Below, one piece after another: positions 50,022 to 59,985 of a stretch of DNA of 64,000 nucleotides. This stretch comes from an uncultured Poribacteria bacterium (GTDB taxonomy: Bacteria > Poribacteria > WGA-4E > WGA-3G). Location: NCBI GenBank assembly GCA_958296135.2, contig CATQHZ020000001.1:3104001-3168000 (forward strand), in the 5' to 3' direction. The translations under genes were made by a program, and so were the position numbers. The notes beneath the pieces were generated by a model. The model was not told where the DNA came from. It ran no database searches and worked only from the letters and a program-made list of their open reading frames with translations. Position 1 is the stretch's first letter. Every line of letters starts with the position of its first letter.

Positions 50022-51080
50022 ATGAAAATCGTTGTCTTAAGCGATGGCAAGCCGGGGCACTACAATCAATCCTTAGGCATCGTCCAACGCCTGCCGGAAT
50101 GCGATACACGTTGGATAGACGTTCGTTTCCGCAGCAAACGGCGCGATAACCTCCTCCGTTGTCTGATGTGTCTGCTCGGATGGATGCCGTTGCCGCGTTG
50201 GCTTATGCACGTGCTCCTCCGCTGGAGCCTCCACAGCGATACCTATACCGCTATTTCAGACATCAATTCCGCCGATTGCATCCTCTCAACCGGTTCCTCA
50301 GTCGCTGCGGTTAACTTACTTCTCGGCGAAATTTTGCGGGCGAAGACGGTGACATGCCGCCGGCCTTCGCCGTTAGGCACTCGCGATTTTGACTTGGCTA
50401 TTCTTCCTATGCTCTCCTGGCCGCGCAGGCATCGCAAAAACGTCTGCAAAACCGTCGGTGTCTCGAACCAAATCTTGCCAGCCGATTTAGACGCGTTGAA
50501 AGCAGAGTTGGCGCATCCGGATTGCATGCGCATCGGTGTCCTCATCGGCGGCGCAGACAAACATGAAGACATCACCGAAGGAGACGCAGCGCGGCTGCTT
50601 GCCCTCTTATCCGCTGTCGCCGAAAAGACGGGGGCGGAGGTGTTAGTGACAACCTCTCGCCGAACACCGCGGCCTGTGAGAGATTGCCTCGCGAATATCC
50701 TCAAATCCGCGCCGTGGTGTCCTCTATTCGTTGAACCAGACGACTGTGCCCTGTCCACAACTGCAAGCCCCTATCAAGCCATTCTCGCCTTAAGCGAGCT
50801 GCTCATCGTCACGGCGGATAGTTTCTCGATGGTATGTGAGGCGGCGAGCAGCGGCAGACCGGTCATCGTGCTAACGCTGAGTCCCGCGCGCACCCTGGAA
50901 CCTAAGCGATATCAGGTCTACCGTTATTTAGTAGAGCGTTCCATCGTGCATCAATGCAGTTTGCACGATTTAGGGGAACGGGTTTTGCAATTGTTGCAGG
51001 AAAAGCACCAGCCTCATCCCCTTGATGATACGGCGACAGCGGTAGACGCTATCCGTCGCCTCTTTGACAGCACCATTTAG
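50022..51080 (+). CDS. ELM1-like (mitochondrial fission ELM1 family) protein
   Basis: LSDGKPGH.NQS.G, VLIGG, TTSRRTP, VTADSFSMVCEA.SSG.PV. Confidence 0.85.
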   Translation: MKIVVLSDGKPGHYNQSLGIVQRLPECDTRWIDVRFRSKRRDNLLRCLMCLLGWMPLPRWLMHVLLRWSLHSDTYTAISDINSADCILSTGSSVAAVNLLLGEILRAKTVTCRRPSPLGTRDFDLAILPMLSWPRRHRKNVCKTVGVSNQILPADLDALKAELAHPDCMRIGVLIGGADKHEDITEGDAARLLALLSAVAEKTGAEVLVTTSRRTPRPVRDCLANILKSAPWCPLFVEPDDCALSTTASPYQAILALSELLIVTADSFSMVCEAASSGRPVIVLTLSPARTLEPKRYQVYRYLVERSIVHQCSLHDLGERVLQLLQEKHQPHPLDDTATAVDAIRRLFDSTI

Positions 51081-51315
51081 TTTTCGGTTTTGATGTTGAC
51101 ATTGCAAACAACGCGCCTCCCTCCTTGTAGGGAAACCAGCTCGCCCGGTCTTGTCCTATTTGGGCTCGCTTGGAAACCTACATGCCAGAGCTTCGGACGA
51201 GCCTGAACTACAGAATAGGAGAATTGAACGCCTCTGACTTGACATATTTTTCTATTGGTGTTATGCTAATGCACAACGCGCCAGCTGGCAAGAAACTATT
51301 TTTAGGAACCGAAAG

Positions 51316-52884
51316 ATGCCGAATTCTACCTACATTCTCTCGATCGACCAGGGCACGACCGGCACAACGGTGCTCCTCGTTGATGCGCACGGAGACATCG
51401 TTGCGCAAGGATACCGGGAATTCACGCAGCACTATCCGCGCCCCGGCTGGGTAGAGCATGACGCGGAGGAAATCTGGGCGGTGACGCAACTCGCCATCGC
51501 CGATGTGCTAGACTCCCTTCGCTCCGATGCGCGCGCGGACATCGCCGCTGTCGGGATTGCCAATCAACGCGAAACCACCGTCGTTTGGGAACGGAAAACC
51601 GGGAAACCCATCCATCCGGCGATTGTGTGGCAGTGCCGCCGAACAACTGAGAGATGTGCCGCCCTCAAACAGCAGGGACTCGAGGAACTCGTCAAAGCAA
51701 AAACAGGCTTAGTGTTGGATCCTTATTTTTCAGGGACGAAGGTGGCATGGATTCTTGACGAGGTAGAGGGGGCGCGGGAACGCGCCGAACGCGGGGAACT
51801 CGCCTTCGGCACGATAGACACGTGGCTCCTCTGGAAATTGACAGATGGAAACGTTCACAAAACCGACTATACCAATGCCTCGCGGACTTTGCTGTTTAAT
51901 ATTGAGACACTCACATGGGACGATACGTTGTTGGATATTTTCAATGTCCCGAAAGCGATTTTGCCGGAAGTTTGCCCATCTGGCGGAATCTTTGGAGAGG
52001 CGGAAATATCAGGATTGGTAGGAAAGGGAAACCTGTCGGAACCGGGGAGTTTCTCCTATCGGGGAGAATCGAGACCGGGGGGTTTCTCCTACCGGGTGCC
52101 GATTGCGGGAATTGCGGGGGACCAGCAGGCCGCCCTCTTCGGGCAATTGTGTCTGAAACCGGGCATGGCGAAGAATACCTACGGCACCGGCTGTTTCCTG
52201 ATGCTCAACACCGGTTCACAGCGGGTGCACTCGGGGACAGGCCTTTTGACGACGCTCGCTTGTGGCTTAACGGATGCGCCCGTTTATGCATTGGAGGGGA
52301 GTGTCTTCGTCGCTGGTGCCGCCGTGCAGTGGCTCCGTGATGGTATCCGAATTATTGAGACAGCCGCAGAGACAGAGAGTGCCGCGAACCGAGTTGCGGA
52401 TTCCGATGGCGTGTTTGTCGTACCAGCATTTACCGGGCTCGGCGCGCCGTATTGGGACGCAGAGGCGCGGGGTGCCATCTTCGGCTTAACGCGCGGCACC
52501 ACGCGCGAGCATCTTATCCGCGCAACGTTGGAGGCAATCGCGTTTCAATCCACAGATGTCGTCACGGCGATGTTGACAGATGCAGACATGACGCTGGAGA
52601 AATTGCGCGTTGATGGCGGTGCTGTCGCGAACGACTTCCTGATGCAATTTCAGGCAGATATTTTGGGGATAGCGGTAGAACGGCCCCGCTGCATTGAAAC
52701 AACAGGGCTTGGTGCTGCGTATCTCGCAGGGCTTGCAACCGGTGTGTGGCAAGACGCGGCGGAACTTGAGGCATCCCGCGCCGTTGAGCGTCTCTTTTCG
52801 CCACAGATGGATGCAAACCGCCGCGCCGAAAAATTGGCGGGGTGGAAAGACGCTGTGCGGCGGGTAATGCCCCGCAATTCGTAG
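51316..52884 (+). CDS. glpK: Glycerol kinase
   Basis: [40 protein letters not shown]. Confidence 0.97.
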   Translation: MPNSTYILSIDQGTTGTTVLLVDAHGDIVAQGYREFTQHYPRPGWVEHDAEEIWAVTQLAIADVLDSLRSDARADIAAVGIANQRETTVVWERKTGKPIHPAIVWQCRRTTERCAALKQQGLEELVKAKTGLVLDPYFSGTKVAWILDEVEGARERAERGELAFGTIDTWLLWKLTDGNVHKTDYTNASRTLLFNIETLTWDDTLLDIFNVPKAILPEVCPSGGIFGEAEISGLVGKGNLSEPGSFSYRGESRPGGFSYRVPIAGIAGDQQAALFGQLCLKPGMAKNTYGTGCFLMLNTGSQRVHSGTGLLTTLACGLTDAPVYALEGSVFVAGAAVQWLRDGIRIIETAAETESAANRVADSDGVFVVPAFTGLGAPYWDAEARGAIFGLTRGTTREHLIRATLEAIAFQSTDVVTAMLTDADMTLEKLRVDGGAVANDFLMQFQADILGIAVERPRCIETTGLGAAYLAGLATGVWQDAAELEASRAVERLFSPQMDANRRAEKLAGWKDAVRRVMPRNS

Positions 52885-53025
52885 GGCGAGGGCCGCCACG
52901 CTCACGCCTACAGAAAACGTGCGTGTGTCGCACCGCGAAAGCACACTACCTTTAACGCTGTCAGCTCTGCGGGTTTTCCGGCAGAGATGTCCACTGTTCC
53001 TCGCCATGTTCCGACAGTTAAAAAA

Positions 53026-54723
53026 ATGCGACTTCAATGGAAATACTCCCTCGTGATTAACCTCACCGTTGTGGCGGTGCTGGTGGCGTTCTACTTTTTT
53101 GATAGCATCCGGGTGCGTCGCGAGATGAATGCCTTGCACGCCCTCGGTGCGGAGCGCGGTGCAGAACTGAAAAAAATCGCGGAAGGGACGATTCTGAATG
53201 CCGTTCTCCGAGAATTGGAGACCGGACACACCTTTGATGCAGCACGGATTGACGCGGTGCTGCGGCAACTCAAGCAGGAACATCCTGATATGAAGGACGT
53301 GATAAACATTCACGTCTCTTTAGACGATACCCGCATCCGCTCCAGTTTACTCACACGTGGCGATACGACAGGGATAAACCTTGACGCGGCAGACTTGGCG
53401 CAAATTGAGGCAAAAGGCGCGAAGATAGACACCGTGGAAGGACAGAACGCCACCGCTATCGTGATTAAATACCTCGTTTCATTGGTTGCTCCTAGGCAGA
53501 TTGAACTGGCCGGCGGCTACGGCAATCCCCCCTTGCAGGAGACGTATGAAACGATGCTAGACAGCGGGAGTATCCATTTTGAGTTGTGGAAGGTGCTCGT
53601 CGCGAACGACATTTATGTTCTTGACGCGGCAGTAACGGTGGAAAAACCCGGCACCCGTTGGCAGATTACGGACAAAGAGAGGGGCAATATCTATACCCTC
53701 TGGAAACAGGAGGAGACGTTGTGGGTGCAAAAATTGCAAACCGGCTATGTCCAGGTGCTTTTCAATGTCCCAGATATTGACAAATCGATCCGATACTCGC
53801 TGCTGATGCACGCTGGGCTGATAGTCCTTGTCGGTGCCCTGCTTGTTATCCTGATCGATCTGGCGACGAATCATCTCGTCATGAAACCGCTGGAACGGAT
53901 GACGCGCATTATCCAAAACGGCGGGGAGGTAGCCGCTCATCAACAAACCTATTCGTCTGACGAGATTGGGCGGGCAACGCATAACCTCGTGCGGATGCTG
54001 TGGCAGCTCCAGGAATCGCACTCAAAACGGATTGCGGCGTTAGGACAGTTCGCCGTTGGCATCGCGCACGAAATTCGGAATCCGCTGAATTCCATTGGGA
54101 TGACAGCGCAGCATCTCAAGGCAGTCTTCGCGCAACCCAAAGTGGCACCGGAAGATATTGAGGAGGCGAAGGAGCTCCTAGACATCGTCAACCAAAAAAT
54201 TGATGAACTGAAACAGATTTCGGCGCAATTTCTCACCTTAAACCGGCCGCGGAAGTTAAACGTTGAGCCGGTCGAGCTCAATTCGCTCGTGGAGCGGATG
54301 TTATCGGAGTTCGCGCTCGTCGCGGAGGAAGCGAAGGTGCAGCTGATTCGGAATTACGATGCAGACTTGCCCGCTGTCTCATTGGATACGGCGTTAATGC
54401 GGCAGACGCTCTTTAACTTCATTCAAAACAGCATCCAAGCGATGCCCAAGGGCGGGAGCATCTATATTACGACAACGCTTGAGCAGACGGAAGCGGAACG
54501 CTTTGTTGTGATTGAGATTCGGGATACCGGCACCGGGATTCCAGAGGAATTTCAGGAACAGATTTACGATGCCTATTTCACGACGAAGGAGGCAAGTGGG
54601 GGCATCGGGCTCGGGCTCGCCATTTCGCACCAGATCATCGCCGCGCACAAGGGGAAGATTGAGATGCGAAGCAAAATGGGGATGGGCACCGCTTTTAAAA
54701 TCAGTTTCCCGCTCAAGGCATAG
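53026..54723 (+). CDS. Sensor histidine kinase
   Basis: Two TM segments, HAMP-like linker, AHEIRNPL, N box, DTGTGI, GLGLAI. Confidence 0.95.
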   Translation: MRLQWKYSLVINLTVVAVLVAFYFFDSIRVRREMNALHALGAERGAELKKIAEGTILNAVLRELETGHTFDAARIDAVLRQLKQEHPDMKDVINIHVSLDDTRIRSSLLTRGDTTGINLDAADLAQIEAKGAKIDTVEGQNATAIVIKYLVSLVAPRQIELAGGYGNPPLQETYETMLDSGSIHFELWKVLVANDIYVLDAAVTVEKPGTRWQITDKERGNIYTLWKQEETLWVQKLQTGYVQVLFNVPDIDKSIRYSLLMHAGLIVLVGALLVILIDLATNHLVMKPLERMTRIIQNGGEVAAHQQTYSSDEIGRATHNLVRMLWQLQESHSKRIAALGQFAVGIAHEIRNPLNSIGMTAQHLKAVFAQPKVAPEDIEEAKELLDIVNQKIDELKQISAQFLTLNRPRKLNVEPVELNSLVERMLSEFALVAEEAKVQLIRNYDADLPAVSLDTALMRQTLFNFIQNSIQAMPKGGSIYITTTLEQTEAERFVVIEIRDTGTGIPEEFQEQIYDAYFTTKEASGGIGLGLAISHQIIAAHKGKIEMRSKMGMGTAFKISFPLKA

Positions 54724-54888
54724 AACCTGTAGGCGCGATTTTCAGACGCGCTCGCTCAGGGTGTCACCGCGCGCTTTTACTTGTAAGGGCGGATGTATCT
54801 ATCTATCCGATACGTCGACAACCGCGCTCGTGGTAGCGTGCGCGCTTTTACCGGAATGATAATGTTTCAACCTTACGGAGGACCCAAA

Positions 54889-56304
54889 ATGCCGTCAATA
54901 CTTCTCGTAGACGACGATGCGGCACAACTGACGATTTTACAGCGCATCTTGAAACGCGAAGGCTATACCGTCGCAACAGTCGGCGACAGCAAAGCCGCCC
55001 TCGCCGCCATTGAAGAAAAGATGTTTGACCTGGTTATCAGCGACATGTGGATGTCCTCACGTTTTGAAGGCCGGGCCCTGCTCCGGGAGATAAAACGGAA
55101 CGATCCGGACCTGCCGGTGCTCATCATGACAGCGTTTGCGGAGCTCAACGATGCTGTCAACCTTGTCGCGCACGAAGGCGCGTTTTATTACCTTGAGAAA
55201 CCGATCCAGATCGATGTCCTGAAGCGCGAGGTCCAGCATGCCTTGCAAACCCGCGGCGCGTTCAGCTCCCAAAGCAACACCGATAGCGATGAGACTATAC
55301 CGGACATCCGTTTCAATAACATCATCGGCGAGAGTGAGCAGATGCAACATCTCTTCAAAAACATGTCCCGCATCATCCACCGCGGTGTCACGCAGGTGCT
55401 TATTACCGGTGAAACGGGGACGGGGAAAAGCCTCATCGCGCGCGCGCTTCATAAACATGGGGCCCGAGGAGAACATCCGTTTGTCTCGATTAACTGTGGT
55501 GCTATTCCCGATACGCTCATTGAAAGCGAGCTCTTTGGGCATGAAAAGGGCGCGTTCACCGACGCGGTGACAGAGAAGAAGGGGCTGTTTGAGGTGGCAA
55601 ATCACGGTGTCCTCTTCCTTGACGAAATCGGGGATATGCCGATTCAGACGCAGAGCAAACTGCTGCATGTGCTGGAGGAGCGTGAGATTCGCCGAATCGG
55701 CGGCACGCAGAATATGAAGGTGGATGTGTGTGTGCTTGCCGCCACCAACAAAAACCTGATTGAGGCGGTCCGGGATAACGTTTTCCGCGAAGATCTTTAC
55801 TTCCGATTGAACGTCATCCCGCTTCACGTGCCGCCGCTGCGGGAACGCCCGGGGGACATTCCGCCGCTCGTGAATTTCCTTATCCAGAAATTCAGCACCG
55901 AATACGCCGGAGCACCGCCGAAGCAGTTCACGCCGCAGGCGATGTCCGTGCTCAGACGATATCAGTGGCCGGGCAATATCCGTCAATTGGAGAACTATCT
56001 CCGCCGCATCTTTGTGCTTTCGGAGAACGAGGTGATTGACAAAGAGGAATTGCCGCCGGAAATTCTAGATACCTCGCTGCCTGTCACGGACGTTGAGTTT
56101 GATATTCTAGAGGCCGGTGTCTCCTTGGAGGAGATTATCAAAGAGTACGTGTGCAGCGCGTTGACGAAAACCAACGGACAGCAGATCAAGGCGGCGCAGT
56201 TGTTGGGAATTTCGCGCCGCAAACTGCAGCACCGGATGCAGAAATATGGACTGCACAGCCAAGATTTTAAAAACAACACGACTGACGCTGTAGGCGCGCT
56301 TTGA
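54889..56304 (+). CDS. Sigma54-dependent (NtrC-like) response regulator
   Basis: Receiver domain, GETGTGK, GAFTDA, LFLDEIG, WPGNIR, Fis HTH. Confidence 0.96.
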   Translation: MPSILLVDDDAAQLTILQRILKREGYTVATVGDSKAALAAIEEKMFDLVISDMWMSSRFEGRALLREIKRNDPDLPVLIMTAFAELNDAVNLVAHEGAFYYLEKPIQIDVLKREVQHALQTRGAFSSQSNTDSDETIPDIRFNNIIGESEQMQHLFKNMSRIIHRGVTQVLITGETGTGKSLIARALHKHGARGEHPFVSINCGAIPDTLIESELFGHEKGAFTDAVTEKKGLFEVANHGVLFLDEIGDMPIQTQSKLLHVLEEREIRRIGGTQNMKVDVCVLAATNKNLIEAVRDNVFREDLYFRLNVIPLHVPPLRERPGDIPPLVNFLIQKFSTEYAGAPPKQFTPQAMSVLRRYQWPGNIRQLENYLRRIFVLSENEVIDKEELPPEILDTSLPVTDVEFDILEAGVSLEEIIKEYVCSALTKTNGQQIKAAQLLGISRRKLQHRMQKYGLHSQDFKNNTTDAVGAL

Positions 56305-56324
56305 GAGCGCGCCTACGGGAAACG

Positions 56325-58415
56325 TTAAAATGTCACCGTCATCCCTAACGTCGGCAGGATGGGAAGCTGCGGTTCTTCCTCAATGGCACATCCGATGCTC
56401 TTACCCGTGTCTTCATCGCGTATTTCACTGAACGCGTATTGGTCTACGTTCGTGTGATTGTAGAGGTTTAAGATTTGGAAATACCAGGTGAGTTCCCACC
56501 GTCGGTAGGGGCTTCGTTTGGTAATCCGAAAATCGAGGCTATGATATGCCGGCAGTCGTTCCGAATGAGTCTCGCCAAACTGCCGGTCGCACGCGATACC
56601 GCCGTTCGGCAATGTCACTTCCGTGTGAGTCAACGGTGTTCTCGGTTCCCCGCTGTGGAACCGCCAGCTAACATAGAGGTGCCATGTCGGCGAAAGTTGG
56701 CGACTGCTGCTCAGTGCGAGAGAATGCCGCCTGTCATACTGTCGAAAAATGGTTTCATCGCCAGCCACTTCCTCTGCGATAGCGTAAGCGTAGCCGATGC
56801 TCCATGTCCATTTATCAGAAATGGCGTGCGTTACGAAGAGATCGAGCCCGCGGGCGTCCCCCGATGCCGGTGTGGCGAAAATTTGGTTCTGCCGTCCGAA
56901 CTCCCTGAGCCGCCCTGCGAGATTGGCAAATCGGTTGTAATATCCCTCCACGCGCACCAAGAAATTGGGGGTTGGCGAGTATTCACCGCCGAGGATGTAG
57001 TGGGTGGCTTGCTCAGCGCGGCCGACGGTGTTCACGCCATCTTCCACCGGCACTCCCATCAGATGAACCGGTTGATGGTAGATGCCCCACGCGCCGCGCA
57101 ATACGAGGTTTTCTGTCGCTTGCAGTGCTAGTGCGATGCGCGGGCCAATTTCATACCGCTGAATTCCTGTCTCCCGATAATTTTGAAACACGTAACGTCC
57201 ACCGACATTGAGCGCGAGTTTTGGATGCAACTGCCATTCGTCCTGCAGAAACGCCTTGAATTCGTTGCCGCTGTCGTCAAAATTGACTTGAATCGGTTTA
57301 TAGACGTTTATTCCTGCCTGCCGTTCCTGCACGTCATAATCGTATTGTGCCGCCAGCCACCGCCACGAAATTCCGGTGCGGAACGTGTGTTGTTCAAGCA
57401 CGTTCGCCGTAAATTCTGCCTTTGTGCCGAGGAATCGGAAGTCGCGTTTGTCAAAATCCGCCTTTCCGGTCGTCCTGTCTTGCCGTGCGGTGCCGCCGAA
57501 AACATACACATCTGTCCAATGCGCCGCGCCGAGTTCGTGCTGCCACTTCGCCCACACCGTTGAATTGTGATAGAGGGAGTCCAAGTTGTTATCCATATCA
57601 TCGACGCGGATGCGGTTCTTATCCCAGCCGTATAACCCGTTGAGCGTGAGTGTATCTGTCTCCGTTATCTGGTACGTCAGTTTTCCGTAGGCATCGGCGT
57701 ATTGCGGGTTATACATTTCGTCAATATCTATGAGCGCGAGGATTAGATCGACGTAGCCGCGACGCGCTGACAGGAGCCAACCGCCTTTATCCGTGAGCGG
57801 GCCTTCCACTATCGCGGTTGCATTAATCAGGTCCAACCCGAGATTTGCGGAGACTTTCTCGGCGTTCACAGCCTTTGTGGTGATGTCAAACACGCCGGAC
57901 ATCTTGTCGCCGTATGCTGCAGGGAAGCCGCCCATGAACAGTTCAGCACGCTGGATGAGCCCGAGTCCTATCAGGGATACCGCGCCGCCGAAATCTTGTA
58001 GATGATAGGGGTTGTAGAGTTCCATTCCATCTAATCTGACAGAGATGTCGTCTTTTTCGCCGCCGCGCACACTGAACCGCGCGCTGTAGTCTGACGCTAC
58101 TACGCCGGGAAAAATATGTCCGGCCCGCATGATGTCGTTGTCGACGAGAGGAAAGCGTTCGATCTCTTGCTTTGATAGCGAGAGCCGTGCGGATGCTCCG
58201 TCGTCCATCGTGAACCTGCCGGGGGTGACGACGATTTTTTGCAATTGGATAGGTTCTGTCTCCTCCTGCGCGAGAACTCCACCGCCTACGGGAAAAAAAG
58301 CGGTGCCTCCCCAGAACAAAATGGCGAGCATGAAACGCATCAAAAACCGAGTCAGGCACCCTACTTTCGCAGGACGACACAGGCAGTCTGCAAGAGGCGT
58401 TAGGGTTGTGTTCAT
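56325..58415 (-). CDS. TonB-dependent outer-membrane receptor (start uncertain)
   Basis: Plug motifs VRGG, LDG..LYNPYH, GGFPA.YGD..SGV; barrel ending in F. Confidence 0.88.
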   Translation of the reverse strand: MNTTLTPLADCLCRPAKVGCLTRFLMRFMLAILFWGGTAFFPVGGGVLAQEETEPIQLQKIVVTPGRFTMDDGASARLSLSKQEIERFPLVDNDIMRAGHIFPGVVASDYSARFSVRGGEKDDISVRLDGMELYNPYHLQDFGGAVSLIGLGLIQRAELFMGGFPAAYGDKMSGVFDITTKAVNAEKVSANLGLDLINATAIVEGPLTDKGGWLLSARRGYVDLILALIDIDEMYNPQYADAYGKLTYQITETDTLTLNGLYGWDKNRIRVDDMDNNLDSLYHNSTVWAKWQHELGAAHWTDVYVFGGTARQDRTTGKADFDKRDFRFLGTKAEFTANVLEQHTFRTGISWRWLAAQYDYDVQERQAGINVYKPIQVNFDDSGNEFKAFLQDEWQLHPKLALNVGGRYVFQNYRETGIQRYEIGPRIALALQATENLVLRGAWGIYHQPVHLMGVPVEDGVNTVGRAEQATHYILGGEYSPTPNFLVRVEGYYNRFANLAGRLREFGRQNQIFATPASGDARGLDLFVTHAISDKWTWSIGYAYAIAEEVAGDETIFRQYDRRHSLALSSSRQLSPTWHLYVSWRFHSGEPRTPLTHTEVTLPNGGIACDRQFGETHSERLPAYHSLDFRITKRSPYRRWELTWYFQILNLYNHTNVDQYAFSEIRDEDTGKSIGCAIEEEPQLPILPTLGMTVTF

Positions 58416-58493
58416 TCAGTTGCCCTCTCAAAAAATTGTTTCTATTAGGCATTATAACATAGAGTGAGAGGGTTTGTCAACAACCGCGCCATG

Positions 58494-59933
58494 TCAAATA
58501 TCCGACCGGAAAAATTTCAGAAACGCCAGCGTCGTCAGCACCACTGCCCAGAGACAGAGCAACAACACATCAACAACCGAGTGAATGAGCGTGTCTGACA
58601 CGGAGGGAATCGGCAGCTCGGGCGCGGGCGGGAGCTTTTCCTCCTCTTTCTTTGACTTATCGGTGTTCATCCGAGCGGCGATGCGGAAAATCTGGGCAAA
58701 TTGATCATCGGAGATCTTGCTGAAATGTTCCTCATCCAGCCGCTCATAATACCGTTCGCCTGTCTCGAAGTAGGCCTCGCGCTTGATTACGCCGGTTTCC
58801 GTTAAGTTCATGGCGATGTAGGTGAGGGACGATGTCGGCGCGAGACGCGATAGCGTTGCGCCGAGTTCTTCTTGCCGCACTTTTTGCCGCTGAAACTCCC
58901 GGTCGATTTTGTCCGCTTCGTTCTGGAATCGTTGCCGATAGTCCTCTTCAATCGGCGCGCGCAATTCCTGATATTTCTTTTGATCCGTCTGGGTATTAAT
59001 CTCAAGACGCCCGCCTTTCGACATCTCCGCAAACATCTTGGTGTTGATTTTGTTCTGCATTTCCTCATTGAGGTTATTTCGCAGTGCGGTTCTCTGCATA
59101 TAGACACTTTGCTCCGTCTGCGTCGGCGAAATCAGTTTCGCCGCCAGAAAGCCGGCCCGCGGTGCAATCAGCACCGCAAACACCCAAAACGTGAACGCCA
59201 CGATGAGGGCCGTCTTGGAACTGTCTAAAAATGTGGAAATCAGCACGCCTATCGCGAAAAACACGGCGATGTAGAGCAGCGAGATACCTGTCAGCAAGAG
59301 GACACGCGGCCAGATCTCGGGTTCACCGAGGGGGAAGCCTTGCCAGACAATCACGAATAAGCCCAAGAGAAACGCCACCAAGAACGGCACGACGAACACG
59401 AGATACCCGCCTATCAACTTGCTCCACAGAAACAGATCACGCGGTAGCGGATTGGACAAGGTTATCCGAATCGTGCCCGCTTCTCTTTCGCCGGCAACGG
59501 CATCGAACGTGAACAGCAACGCGAGCAGACTGAAGACGGTGCTGACGACGAAGAGAAAGTCAAGATTGCCGAGCACGTAGGAGAGGGATGATTGTGCGAG
59601 GCCGGTGGCCCCTTGCCGTACACCGTTGCGCGTCATGCCGAGATAACTCGGTAGTGCCTCCTCTAACCCGTTCGCGAAGACGCTGAGCGATGTGGGTTTG
59701 AGGAAGAGTTTGGCTACCTCAGCATTGGGGTTTTGTGCATCCGGCGGATTCTCTTCTGCCTCGGCGCGGGTGCGTTTGACGGCTTCTTGGTAATCGACAA
59801 GGTTGCGTTGATACTTCCCGTAGTTGGTGGAAAGTGTGAGCGGGATGAGCAAGACACACATCAGCAGCAACGCGACAAACCGCGAGCTCAGCACGTGATG
59901 CATTATCTCTTTTTGGATTAACGTTAAGAACAT
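58494..59933 (-). CDS. ABC-2-type transporter permease
   Basis: LIQKE, FDAVAGEREAGT...LSNP..R...K, several TM segments. Confidence 0.88.
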   Translation of the reverse strand: MFLTLIQKEIMHHVLSSRFVALLLMCVLLIPLTLSTNYGKYQRNLVDYQEAVKRTRAEAEENPPDAQNPNAEVAKLFLKPTSLSVFANGLEEALPSYLGMTRNGVRQGATGLAQSSLSYVLGNLDFLFVVSTVFSLLALLFTFDAVAGEREAGTIRITLSNPLPRDLFLWSKLIGGYLVFVVPFLVAFLLGLFVIVWQGFPLGEPEIWPRVLLLTGISLLYIAVFFAIGVLISTFLDSSKTALIVAFTFWVFAVLIAPRAGFLAAKLISPTQTEQSVYMQRTALRNNLNEEMQNKINTKMFAEMSKGGRLEINTQTDQKKYQELRAPIEEDYRQRFQNEADKIDREFQRQKVRQEELGATLSRLAPTSSLTYIAMNLTETGVIKREAYFETGERYYERLDEEHFSKISDDQFAQIFRIAARMNTDKSKKEEEKLPPAPELPIPSVSDTLIHSVVDVLLLCLWAVVLTTLAFLKFFRSDI

Positions 59934-59985
59934 ATTGGCTCCTCAATGTTGGTAAGCGCGGTTTGAAACCGCGCCGACTCACGGG

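Larger units (their letters stand above)
48044..50131. repeat. About 1.04-kb tandem duplication
   Basis: About 48044-49089 repeated at about 49090-50131. Confidence 0.9.

Noticed and set aside
20382-55986. Long antisense ORFs such as 20393-21172, 7581-8339, 52486-53313 and 55057-55986
   Set aside because: Shadows of well-supported genes on the opposite strand.
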